Source: Candidatus Daviesbacteria bacterium (lineage in GTDB: Bacteria > Patescibacteriota > Microgenomatia > Daviesbacterales > UBA10151). Taken from it: DNA of 64,000 nucleotides. Each line of letters begins with the position of its first letter. Position 1 is the stretch's first letter. Below, piece after piece: positions 9,446 to 18,675 of the stretch. The position numbers and the translations under genes are program-made. Where the stretch lies: contig JACOXI010000005.1 of the NCBI GenBank assembly GCA_016176335.1, positions 63,391 through 127,390 of the forward strand, in the 5' to 3' direction. The notes below the pieces were generated by a model, which saw nothing but the letters and a program-made list of their open reading frames with translations, ran no database searches and had not been told where the DNA came from.

Positions 9446-10502
9446 TCTTAAACTTCCAGGACTAATTGATATACACGTACATCTTAGAACTCCGGGACAG
9501 GAACATAAAGAGGATTTCACAACTGGCACCTCTGCTGCAATAGCCGGAGGCTTTACCACTGTTTTGGATATGCCCAATAACGAAGTTCCTATCACCACTT
9601 TGGGGAAACTTCGGGCCAAAATAGAGCTGGCTAGACAAAATGCAGTTTGCGATGTAGGTTTTTATTTTGGATCTTTGGGAGATAACTTCCAAGAATTTGA
9701 CAAAATCAAGCAGTTGGTTTTTGGAATTAAGCTTTATTTAAATGTCACCACCGGCAATTTCTTAATTGATGAAGTAAAACTGGCAGCCATCTACTCTGCC
9801 TGGCCAGGCCATCAGCCCATACTGTTGCATTGCGAGGGGGAAACTTTACCAATGGCTTTAAAGATCATCAGGCAAACTAATAAAAAAACTCACATCTGTC
9901 ATGTGTCCGGCAAAGATGAACTATCACAGATCATCCGGGCCAAACAAGCTGGTTTACCGATAACTTGCGGAGTTACCCCTCACCATTTATTTTTAACCGA
10001 AGAGGATGCTAAAAAATTAGGGCCATATGGCAGAATGAAACCATTTTTAAAAACTAAAACTGATCAGAACTTTTTATGGGAAAATCTGAAATGGATTGAC
10101 GCAGTAGAATCAGATCACGCGCCTCATACTACAGTGGAAAAAGAATTTGCTAAAAACCCTCCTTTTGGAGTACCGGGACTGGAAACTACCCTGCCGCTAC
10201 TGTTAACAGCAGTTTTTGAAGGTAAACTAACGCTTGATGATGTCATCCGCCTATGCCACACAAACCCTACCAAAATCTTTAATATACCAACAGATGAACA
10301 AACTTATGTAGAAATTGATCCCGATGAACAATATACGATAAACAATAAACATTTATTTACCAAATGCGGCTGGAGCCCGTTTAAAGGGAAAAGCGTAAAG
10401 GGTAAAGTAAAAAAGGTCTTTTTAAGGGGAGAGAAAGTTTTTGACAATGGTCAAATTTTAACTCAACCAGGATCTGGAAAAGTTATTTACCCATCTTTCT
10501 AA
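9438..10502 (+). CDS. pyrC: dihydroorotase
   Basis: 354 aa. Amidohydrolase metal-binding start (IDIHVHLR), GGFTTVLDMPN, HHLFLTEED. Confidence 0.8.
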   Translation: MSNLKLPGLIDIHVHLRTPGQEHKEDFTTGTSAAIAGGFTTVLDMPNNEVPITTLGKLRAKIELARQNAVCDVGFYFGSLGDNFQEFDKIKQLVFGIKLYLNVTTGNFLIDEVKLAAIYSAWPGHQPILLHCEGETLPMALKIIRQTNKKTHICHVSGKDELSQIIRAKQAGLPITCGVTPHHLFLTEEDAKKLGPYGRMKPFLKTKTDQNFLWENLKWIDAVESDHAPHTTVEKEFAKNPPFGVPGLETTLPLLLTAVFEGKLTLDDVIRLCHTNPTKIFNIPTDEQTYVEIDPDEQYTINNKHLFTKCGWSPFKGKSVKGKVKKVFLRGEKVFDNGQILTQPGSGKVIYPSF

Positions 10503-11598
10503 TCTCTTGGGCCAGCAAAGGCTCCCACATAGCACCTGTGGCGCTCATTACACAATCTGCCCCAGCATCCTTATATTCAAAATAATCTTCTGCTTTGGTA
10601 ACTCCTCCCACACCAATTACGTTTATCGTAAATCGTAAATCGTTTATCGTTTTTCGCAGTCTCTTCACCATATCCAAGCCTGCCCATTTTATTGATGCTC
10701 CGCAAACCCCAGAGCGGGCTCTGTTTTTGCCGAGCAGCGCCTGATTTCCATCTTTATCAACAATCTCCGCTTGAATGGTATTGATGGAAGCAATAGCCTG
10801 GGCATATTGTTCACCAATTTCCACTAACTTCTTCAGATCTTCATCGCTTTGGTAATACCCCACTTTCAAAATTAAAGGAGTGACCCCAATTTCTTCTCTT
10901 ATAGCCTGACAAACCCTCTCTGTCGTCTCCAGGTTGTAACAAACCAACCCTTCATTTCCGATATTAGGACAGGACAAATTCACTTCCAAGATTTTTGCGT
11001 TTGTTTGCATCGATTGTTTTGCGGCTAAAGCATAATCCCTAACAAACTCATCCGTTGTTTGATTCTCCCTGACAGTTCCCATAAAACTTAAAACCAGAAC
11101 TTGTCCTCTTCCCGCATAAGAAATTGCCTTCTTAACATCCTCCTGCCAAACTGCCGGTTCCTTGGAAGGCACTCCAAAAGAATTAGTTATGGAAATCGGC
11201 TGCGAGTAATTATTGTCTGCCAAAAGAGGATTTTGGGCCTTCTCCAAAGTCAAATCTCCCTCAACTTTTACAGCTAAAACATTGGGGAAAGGATGGCAGG
11301 GAAAAACATCTGACCTGACTGTTTTATAGACACAAATATCAAAGCCTTTTTCAAAAGCAGCTTTACAGAATTTAGAATTGATTAAAGGCCCAGCTGGAAT
11401 ACCAAATGGCAGATGCACTTTTTGTCCTAAGAAATTGAACCTTGGTTCACCCTGAGCGAAGTCGAAGGGCTTCCCATTTGCAAATGCCCCAAACGGCCCC
11501 TGATCATAATTATCTTCATAGGATTTATTTGGATCGTAGAAAGGATCTTTAAGCATTAGGGGTATTTTAACACAAAAGTTAGACTTTCTTCTTTGCAT
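10483..11598 (-). CDS. pyrD: dihydroorotate dehydrogenase
   Basis: 371 aa. Motifs GIPAGP, LSCPN, IGVGGV. Convergent with pyrC and overlaps it by 20 nt. Carries an in-frame heptamer-repeat insert (KTINDLRFTINV). Confidence 0.75.
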   Translation of the reverse strand: MQRRKSNFCVKIPLMLKDPFYDPNKSYEDNYDQGPFGAFANGKPFDFAQGEPRFNFLGQKVHLPFGIPAGPLINSKFCKAAFEKGFDICVYKTVRSDVFPCHPFPNVLAVKVEGDLTLEKAQNPLLADNNYSQPISITNSFGVPSKEPAVWQEDVKKAISYAGRGQVLVLSFMGTVRENQTTDEFVRDYALAAKQSMQTNAKILEVNLSCPNIGNEGLVCYNLETTERVCQAIREEIGVTPLILKVGYYQSDEDLKKLVEIGEQYAQAIASINTIQAEIVDKDGNQALLGKNRARSGVCGASIKWAGLDMVKRLRKTINDLRFTINVIGVGGVTKAEDYFEYKDAGADCVMSATGAMWEPLLAQEIRKMGK

Positions 11599-11998
11599 GC
11601 TCTTTCAACCACTTGGCAATTTTTTCAACAGATAATTTTTCATTTTCGAGCTTGTGAGAAAATAGTCCACGTCTATTTTCTACTTTTAAAGCAAACTTGA
11701 CTACTTCTTTTTGCCTTGCATTGAAGAGATATCCATTTAATTCTAAAAATGTCATGGCCGAAAACATCGAGGTACGTTTATTCCCATCCACAAATGGATG
11801 ATTCCTCAATAGTACATGGATTAAAGCTCCTGTTTTTAAAAAAATATCAGGATATAAATCTTCTCCTCCAAATGAAGCTTGAGGCCTGGCCACAGCTGAT
11901 TCTAGAAGACCCAAATCACGGAGTCCGTGAGAGCCACCACTCTCATCAACTGCCATATTATGCAAAAGTAATACATCTTTGACAGATAAGTACTTCAT
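11579..11998 (-). CDS. doc: Doc (Fic-family) toxin
   Basis: 139 aa with the Fic/Doc motif HPFVDGNKRT. Confidence 0.8.
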   Translation of the reverse strand: MKYLSVKDVLLLHNMAVDESGGSHGLRDLGLLESAVARPQASFGGEDLYPDIFLKTGALIHVLLRNHPFVDGNKRTSMFSAMTFLELNGYLFNARQKEVVKFALKVENRRGLFSHKLENEKLSVEKIAKWLKEHAKKKV

Positions 11999-12011
11999 CA
12001 GTCATCCCGAA

Positions 12012-12260
12012 TTATTTTTTTGCAAGCTCTTTGAAAGCAGGCAAATATCTTTTGAGGAGTTTTTTTGCTACCATATAAACTTCAGTGTCCACAATTTCAT
12101 CTGTTGAGTCTTCGGTTACAAAGCTAATAACTACTCTCTTCTTTTTAGGCTCCTCGTAAAGATTGACAAATTTTTCCTTTGCCACACCATACGCTTCAAT
12201 AATACTTTTAGGAATAGTCACCGCATATGAGTTGCCTACCTGAATAATTTTTTGTAACAT
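12012..12260 (-). CDS. AbrB/MazE-fold antitoxin of the Doc toxin
   Basis: 82 aa. Swapped-hairpin motif VGNSYAVTIPKSI. Directly upstream of doc on the same strand. Confidence 0.55.
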   Translation of the reverse strand: MLQKIIQVGNSYAVTIPKSIIEAYGVAKEKFVNLYEEPKKKRVVISFVTEDSTDEIVDTEVYMVAKKLLKRYLPAFKELAKK

Positions 12261-12310
12261 AGTTCACCTCCTTTTTCGCGTTATAACATAATTATAACAT
12301 AATAGTCGGT

Positions 12311-13375
12311 CTAACGGAGTCCCCCGGTTACCCTGACCTTGGAAAGCAAATCTAAATTTTCCAGCACTTCACCGCAGCCCCTGACAACTGAAGTTAGGGG
12401 ATCATCCGCAATATAAACCGGCAATTTTGTTTCCTCCGCAATTTTTTTATCCAATCCACGAATGAGCGCTCCTCCCCCTGCCAAGTAGACTCCGCGTTCC
12501 ACAATATCAGTGAGCAGCTCCGGAGGAGTTTCTTCTAAAACTTCTTGGATGGCGGAAACTATTTGAGAAATTGTCGGAGTTAAGGCTTCTCTTATTTCTG
12601 AAGCTGTAATCTTTAAAGATTTAGGCAGACCTGATGCTAAATCCCGGCCGCGGACAACAGTTGCCAAATCATCTTTACCCAAAGGGTATGCTGAACCAAT
12701 CTCAATCTTGGCCTCCTCTGCACTCTTCTCACCAATCAGCATGCCATATCTTATCCTCATGTAATTTACAATTGCCTCATCCAACTCATCTCCTGCCACC
12801 CGCAAAGATTTATTTATCACCATCCCTCCAAGTGAGATTACAGCGATCTCTGCAGTGCCCCCCCCAATATCCACCATCATCACTCCTTCCGGTTCTTCAA
12901 CCGGCAGTTTTGCTCCAATTGCTGCTGCCATAGGCTCTTCTATCAAATATGCTTCTCTTGCTCCGGCCGAAAGACATGCATCTTGTACTGCCCTTCTTTC
13001 CACTTCTGTCACGCCTGAAGGAATTCCTACAACAATTCTTGGTTTGGGAATTTTAGGCAAAGAAAAAAAGCCGCCTTTTCCAGGGGTTTGGTGAACCTTA
13101 TGGATAAAATAACGGAGCATTGCCTCGGTGGTATCAAAGTCAGAGATTACTCCATCCCGTAACGGGCGTACTGTCTCAATAGCCGCAGGAGTTCTCCCCA
13201 GCATTCTTTTAGCCTCCACCCCAATTGCCAAAACCTGCCTGGTCTTTTTGTGCAGCGCCACCACAGTGGGCTCGCGGATTAAAATCCCTTTGCCTTTAAC
13301 TAAAACTAAAGTATTAACTGTGCCTAAATCAATGCCGATATCATGGGAAAAAAATTGCCAAAACTTATCTAACAT
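12311..13375 (-). CDS. mreB: rod shape-determining protein MreB
   Basis: 354 aa. Actin-fold motifs (IGIDLGT, DIGGGTAEIAV). Confidence 0.9.
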   Translation of the reverse strand: MLDKFWQFFSHDIGIDLGTVNTLVLVKGKGILIREPTVVALHKKTRQVLAIGVEAKRMLGRTPAAIETVRPLRDGVISDFDTTEAMLRYFIHKVHQTPGKGGFFSLPKIPKPRIVVGIPSGVTEVERRAVQDACLSAGAREAYLIEEPMAAAIGAKLPVEEPEGVMMVDIGGGTAEIAVISLGGMVINKSLRVAGDELDEAIVNYMRIRYGMLIGEKSAEEAKIEIGSAYPLGKDDLATVVRGRDLASGLPKSLKITASEIREALTPTISQIVSAIQEVLEETPPELLTDIVERGVYLAGGGALIRGLDKKIAEETKLPVYIADDPLTSVVRGCGEVLENLDLLSKVRVTGGLR

Positions 13376-13434
13376 GAGGGGAGTTTAACACATGACGTTG
13401 AATTCTCACAACAATTTCTGTTAGCATAACTTTA

Positions 13435-14139
13435 ATGATTAATTACCTTGAGCCACATCTGGCTAACACCACAGCAAAATTAAATTGGCTTAGGGCTTCT
13501 GTTTTAGGAGCCAACGATGGCATTGTTTCTATTGCTGGTTTAGTATTAGGTATTGCTGGTGCAACAGATTCACCGGGCATTATTTTTACAGCAGGGATGA
13601 CAGGAATTATTGCTGGGGCAATTTCTATGGCAGCCGGTGAATATGTCTCTGTTTCAAGCTCAAGGGATACGGAAAGAGCTCTAATTAAAAAAGAACGTAA
13701 GGAACTTAGGGAACACCCGGAGCAAGAACTGGAGGAACTGATATTAATCTATGAGAGAAAAGGACTCAGCAAAAAAACAGCCACAACTGTGGCAAATGAA
13801 TTAACTAAACATGATCCGATTGCTGCCCATTTAGATGCAGAGTTAAATCTTGATCCTGAAAATCTGACAAATCCCTGGCATGCAGCATTTGCTTCAGCTT
13901 CATCTTTTCTAATAGGCGGTATTATACCTCTGATGACTATTTCTACGCCCCCTCTTCCACTTCGAATCCCTGCTACTGTTATATCTGTAGTACTGGCTTT
14001 AGCAATAACAGGATCAATCAGTGCTAGCATAGGCGGTGCAAGTATCCCAAGAGCTACAGCAAGAGTTGTTTTGGGAGGAATATTCGCTATGGCCATTACC
14101 TATAGCATAGGAAGGTTCTTTGGAATATCAGGCATATGA
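13435..14139 (+). CDS. VIT1/CCC1-family membrane iron/manganese transporter
   Basis: 234 aa. LRASVLGANDGIVSIAGLVLG motif and TM-rich C-terminus. Confidence 0.65.
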   Translation: MINYLEPHLANTTAKLNWLRASVLGANDGIVSIAGLVLGIAGATDSPGIIFTAGMTGIIAGAISMAAGEYVSVSSSRDTERALIKKERKELREHPEQELEELILIYERKGLSKKTATTVANELTKHDPIAAHLDAELNLDPENLTNPWHAAFASASSFLIGGIIPLMTISTPPLPLRIPATVISVVLALAITGSISASIGGASIPRATARVVLGGIFAMAITYSIGRFFGISGI

Positions 14140-16217
14140 TAGATCAAATTATCACTTACTCCTTTTACTTACTCTTTTTCCTAACCCCCCTTTTTTGGAC
14201 TTCTCAAAACTTTGAGCTTTTTGAATACAACAAAATGATTTTGACTTATGGAATCACAGTAATCATTGTCGGAGCCTGGATCCTTAAAGCCATAAACGAC
14301 AAACGATTAACGATCAAACGTACACCTTTAGATATACCGCTTCTTTTATTCCTAACAGCCAACATTTTATCAACTATTTTCTCCATAGACCCCCACACCT
14401 CCATTTGGGGCTATTATTCCCGCTCAAATGGCGGGCTTTTATCCATAATATCCTACCTATTATTATATTGGGCTTTTGTTTCCAATATAACTTCCGATCA
14501 AATTAAACCATTACTAAAAATTGGGCTTGTATCAGGTTTAATAATTTCCATCTGGGGTATTTCGGAACATTTTGGAGTCTCTCCCTCCTGTGTAATTTTA
14601 CGGGGACAATTTAGTGCCAATTGTTGGGTGCAAGATGTCCAAGCCAGGGTGTTTGCCACCTTGGGTCAGCCAAACTGGCTGGCAGCATATCTTGCCATGC
14701 TCATTTTCCCGGCCCTTTATTTCTTTTTGACTGCCACCACAAGATTAACCCGTACTACTTACTACTTACTACTTACTACTTACTACCTGGCCTTCACTTT
14801 TACCTATTCCAGAGGACCAACTTTGGGGCTAATTGGGGGATTTGTAGTATTTCTGTCGTTCTGGCTTGTCCAGAATCGATTCTGGAGTCGTCGCTCCGCT
14901 CCTCCCCAGAATGACACTGCTAAATTATTTGGTATTATCATTACTTCCTTCCTGGCTATTAACCTTCTCTTTGGCTCTGCCCTAACCAGCTTTAGATTAG
15001 TTTCCAAATTTGCTCCGCCTCCAAGACCTACCCTAACACTGCCTACCACCTCTGCTACCCAACTTGAGACCGGAGGCACGGAATCCGGAAAAATCAGATT
15101 AATTGTTTGGCAGGGAGCTTTGGATATTTTTAAAAACTATCCGATATTCGGCTCAGGAGTTGAGACTTTTGCTTATTCCTACTATCAATATCGTCCCTCC
15201 TCACATAACTTGACCAGTGAATGGGACTTTTTATACAACAAAGCTCATAATGAGTACTTAAATTACCTAGCAACAACTGGTTTAACAGGCTTTATTATAT
15301 ACATGGGAATAATTTTTACTTTTGTTTTTTGGAGTCTTTCAAGAATTTTAAATTTTAAATTTTCAATTTTCAATAAAAATTTTAAATTAGAAATTAAAAA
15401 TTACAAAAACGATAATTCAATAAATCTTTTATTAATAGCTCTGCTTGCATCCTATATCAGCTATCTTGTCTACAACTTTTTCTTATTCTCTGTTGTCATT
15501 ATTGCCATCTTTTTCTACCTCTTTCCCGCTCTTGCTTTTGTGGCAACAGAATCAACTAAGGTTTTTAAATGGCCTAAAAAACTATACCCTATACCCTATA
15601 CTCTATACTCTATACTTTACCGCCGTCCCATCTATACCAAAATGGTCAAAGGTATCGTGATTTTTTCTGTGCTCTTCTTTCTATATTCTATTTTCCAGCT
15701 CTGGTATGCCGACACGATTTTCAACCGTGGGCAACAAGCATCCGAGGCAGGCAATCCGGGCAGAGCTTATAATCTTTTAACAACCGCCTCGCAGTTAAAT
15801 CAGGCCGAGCCTTTTTATAGATCAGAGCTGGCTTTTTCAGCAGCTCAAGCTGCAGCTGCTTTAAAAGATACTGACGCCTCTCTTTCTGCCAAGCTTTCGG
15901 ATCAGGCCATATCTGATATGGACAGAGTTTTGCAGCAAAGTCCCCACAATGTTTCATATCTTCGAACCGCAATAAGAACCTATTTTGAGCTGGGTAGTAC
16001 TGACAAAGTCTATATAGAGAAAGCGTTGGAAGCTTTGGATAAAGCAATTTATTTGGCTCCCACCGATCCAAAACTGTATTATAACAAGGCATTAATTTTA
16101 CAATCCATGGATAAACACGATGAGGCCATAAAAGCCTTTGGGAAAGCTTTGGAATTAAAGCCTAATTATATTCAGGTTGAGGAACAACTTAAGGAAACAA
16201 CTGGATCTGCAAAATAG
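14136..16217 (+). CDS. O-antigen ligase/polymerase-like membrane protein with C-terminal TPR repeats
   Basis: 693 aa polytopic protein. Wzy_C-like segment (YNKAHNEYLNYLATTGLTGFIIY). C-terminal TPR (AIKAFGKALELKPNY). Contains three in-frame heptamer-repeat tracts. Confidence 0.6.
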   Translation: MIDQIITYSFYLLFFLTPLFWTSQNFELFEYNKMILTYGITVIIVGAWILKAINDKRLTIKRTPLDIPLLLFLTANILSTIFSIDPHTSIWGYYSRSNGGLLSIISYLLLYWAFVSNITSDQIKPLLKIGLVSGLIISIWGISEHFGVSPSCVILRGQFSANCWVQDVQARVFATLGQPNWLAAYLAMLIFPALYFFLTATTRLTRTTYYLLLTTYYLAFTFTYSRGPTLGLIGGFVVFLSFWLVQNRFWSRRSAPPQNDTAKLFGIIITSFLAINLLFGSALTSFRLVSKFAPPPRPTLTLPTTSATQLETGGTESGKIRLIVWQGALDIFKNYPIFGSGVETFAYSYYQYRPSSHNLTSEWDFLYNKAHNEYLNYLATTGLTGFIIYMGIIFTFVFWSLSRILNFKFSIFNKNFKLEIKNYKNDNSINLLLIALLASYISYLVYNFFLFSVVIIAIFFYLFPALAFVATESTKVFKWPKKLYPIPYTLYSILYRRPIYTKMVKGIVIFSVLFFLYSIFQLWYADTIFNRGQQASEAGNPGRAYNLLTTASQLNQAEPFYRSELAFSAAQAAAALKDTDASLSAKLSDQAISDMDRVLQQSPHNVSYLRTAIRTYFELGSTDKVYIEKALEALDKAIYLAPTDPKLYYNKALILQSMDKHDEAIKAFGKALELKPNYIQVEEQLKETTGSAK

Positions 16218-16251
16218 CTTTCAGCTATCAGCTTTCAGACTGACGACTACT

Positions 16252-16512
16252 ATGAAATCCATTAACAAAATTATCGGAGAAACAAAGTTTAAAGATAGAC
16301 CCAAGAATATCTCAAAAGAATTCCAAATGTACGGAGTATACCTTGCTGAAACCCTGGGCGATACTAAACATTATTCTTTATATATTAAACTTGCAAAGGA
16401 GGTTGACAGAAAACTTTTGGAAGAAGCGCTAAATTTTACCAAAGGTTACTATGGGGCCAAGTCCAAAGCCAAAATCTTTATGTGGAAACTGACAGAACTT
16501 AGAAAAATTTAA
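16252..16512 (+). CDS. hypothetical protein
   Basis: ORF 16177..16512 trimmed to the internal Met, because the 5' part is repeat DNA. Confidence 0.3.
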   Translation: MKSINKIIGETKFKDRPKNISKEFQMYGVYLAETLGDTKHYSLYIKLAKEVDRKLLEEALNFTKGYYGAKSKAKIFMWKLTELRKI

Positions 16513-16526
16513 CCTTTTTTGGTACA

Positions 16527-17051
16527 ATGTCACCCATGGAAGTAGTCAAAGCACCGGATCCAAGATTGAGAGTTAAAACTAAACCAGTCAAAAAGATTAA
16601 CCAGGCTCTAAAAAATATCTTAAAACAAATGATTAAGCTTACTCAAACCTTTAAAGACCCTGAAGGAGTAGGTTTGGCTGCAACCCAGATAGGGCTGGAT
16701 GGCCGTTTTTTTGTGGCCAAAAATGAACAGCAATTTATTTCTGTGGTAGATCCGAGGATATTATCTTTGGGCAAGCGGACCAAAAAATATTTTGAAGGTT
16801 GTTTGTCTATCCCCAATATGTGGGGTGAAGTCAGAAGGCATACCAATATTAAGGTACAATATCAGGATCAAACAGGAAAAAATATCATACTGTCTTTAAA
16901 AGGGGTACTGGCTTGGATTTTCCAACATGAAATAGATCATTTAAACGGAATTTTATTTTCAGATCGAGTTTTGCAACAAAAAGGCCAGTTCTATAAATAT
17001 ACCGGCAAAGATAAAACAGGCACAGATACATTCGAGCTCGTTGAGCTCTAA
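16527..17051 (+). CDS. def: peptide deformylase
   Basis: 174 aa. Motifs GVGLAATQIG, EGCLSIP, QHEIDHLNG. Confidence 0.9.
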   Translation: MSPMEVVKAPDPRLRVKTKPVKKINQALKNILKQMIKLTQTFKDPEGVGLAATQIGLDGRFFVAKNEQQFISVVDPRILSLGKRTKKYFEGCLSIPNMWGEVRRHTNIKVQYQDQTGKNIILSLKGVLAWIFQHEIDHLNGILFSDRVLQQKGQFYKYTGKDKTGTDTFELVEL

Positions 17052-17064
17052 ACTTAAAAGTCAA

Positions 17065-17790
17065 ATGTCAAAAGTCAAAATTATTTTTTTAGGAACTCCG
17101 CTTTTTGTTAAACTTATTAAAGATACACTGGCTAAGCATTTTACATTGGTAAAGTCACTAAAGGAGGCTGATTTAGCAGTGGTGGCGGCTTATGGCAGGA
17201 TTTTAACAAAAGATGAACTGGATATCCCTCAATATGGTTTTTTAAACATCCACCCCTCCCTTTTACCAAAATACCGGGGGCCGTCCCCAATTCAACAAGC
17301 CATCTTAAATGGAGACAAAGTATCCGGCATCACCATCATTAAAATGGATGAAGATGTGGACCATGGACCGATAATTTATCAAGAAAAATTAGAGCTTTCC
17401 GATAATGATAACTTTGATACTTTGAGTAAAAAGATGTTTCAGCTTGCAGCTCAAGTTTCACCCAAAATTATTGAAGATTTTGTATCCGGAAGAATACAAC
17501 CTACTCCACAAAATCATGATCAGGCCACCTACTGTGTTCGTCTCACCAGAGAAAGTGGGTATTTTCCTATTGATAATCCCCTCTCTGCTGAAAAATTGGA
17601 CAGGATGATTCGCGCCTATCATCCTTGGCCAGGGGTGTGGACTGTATGGGAAATCAAAAATCAAAAATCAAAAATCAAAAAGATTGTAAAGTTTCTCCCT
17701 GATGGAAGGATCCAAATGGAAGGGAAAAAAGCTATGCCGATGCGGGATTTTCTAAACGGCTACCCAGATTTTCCTTTAAAGGAACTTTAA
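17065..17790 (+). CDS. fmt: methionyl-tRNA formyltransferase (short form)
   Basis: Motifs HPSLLPKYRGPSPIQ and formyltransferase core. ATG at 17065 gives MSKVKIIFLGTP. Contains an in-frame (aatcaaa)4 tract. Confidence 0.8.
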   Translation: MSKVKIIFLGTPLFVKLIKDTLAKHFTLVKSLKEADLAVVAAYGRILTKDELDIPQYGFLNIHPSLLPKYRGPSPIQQAILNGDKVSGITIIKMDEDVDHGPIIYQEKLELSDNDNFDTLSKKMFQLAAQVSPKIIEDFVSGRIQPTPQNHDQATYCVRLTRESGYFPIDNPLSAEKLDRMIRAYHPWPGVWTVWEIKNQKSKIKKIVKFLPDGRIQMEGKKAMPMRDFLNGYPDFPLKEL

Positions 17791-17971
17791 CTACTCTTAA
17801 ACATTTAGTGCAGTATTTTTTGCCTTTGTAAACATGCAGATTGGGCTTTTGTACTCTTTTGTGAATGGGGGCGCGCAAAGCCCAAACACCTCCTGCTCCG
17901 GAGGAACCTTTCTTATGACGGGAATATGACAGAGTATTTTTACCTTTTCCACACCTAATACATGCTAACAT
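17732..17971 (-). CDS. rpmB: 50S ribosomal protein L28 (zinc-ribbon form)
   Basis: CIRCGKG...SYSRHKK...KRVQKPNLH...CTKCLR resembles L28 conserved segments. Start trimmed to internal Met. Confidence 0.5.
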   Translation of the reverse strand: MLACIRCGKGKNTLSYSRHKKGSSGAGGVWALRAPIHKRVQKPNLHVYKGKKYCTKCLRVVKVPLKENLGSRLENPASA

Positions 17972-18022
17972 GTGGTAAACTATAACATGAGTTGATTTAT
18001 GATTCAAGATTCTTAAATCTAT

Positions 18023-18664
18023 TTGATCATGCCAGAATTCTTCGCCTTATCTATAATAGTTCTTTTATTTTCCGTCATAGTCCATGAAGTGATGCACGGA
18101 GTAGTGGCTTTAAAATTTGGTGATACAACTGCCCAAAAAGCAGGCAGATTAACCTTAAATCCCCTCCCTCATATTGATCTTTTTGGCACAATTCTTTTAC
18201 CTGCTCTGTTGATGTTTACCGGCTCCCCCATTCTTTTTGGCTGGGCCAAGCCCGTTCCTGTTAACCCCTTGAATTTTTCCAATTTAAGGCGCGGCGAGCT
18301 TCTGGTATCAGCTGCAGGCATCTTGGCCAATTTTTCTTTGGCAATAGCTGCAGCAATCATCTACCATATCCTAAATGCCCTCCCTCAAACTTTTCCAGCT
18401 ATTTTAGGAGAATTGCTTCGTTTTACAGTCCTAATTAATCTTGTTTTGGGAATTTTTAATCTGTTTCCCATCCCGCCATTGGACGGGTCAAAAATTTTAA
18501 TATCTCAATTGCCATATAATTTGGCCAAACAATATCAAAAAATTGAACCTTACGGTATGCTGATTCTCTTGATTCTTTTGATGATTCCATTTGGCAAAAC
18601 TTCTCTGCTACAGGGAGTGTTGGGATTTTTGATCAGGTTACTTAGCCGGTTTTTGGGATTTTAA
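18023..18664 (+). CDS. site-2 protease family (peptidase M50) membrane metalloprotease
   Basis: 213 aa. HEVMHG zinc motif in first TM and a second motif region (LNPLPHIDLFGT). Confidence 0.7.
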   Translation: MIMPEFFALSIIVLLFSVIVHEVMHGVVALKFGDTTAQKAGRLTLNPLPHIDLFGTILLPALLMFTGSPILFGWAKPVPVNPLNFSNLRRGELLVSAAGILANFSLAIAAAIIYHILNALPQTFPAILGELLRFTVLINLVLGIFNLFPIPPLDGSKILISQLPYNLAKQYQKIEPYGMLILLILLMIPFGKTSLLQGVLGFLIRLLSRFLGF

Positions 18665-18675
18665 ATTAAATCTTT

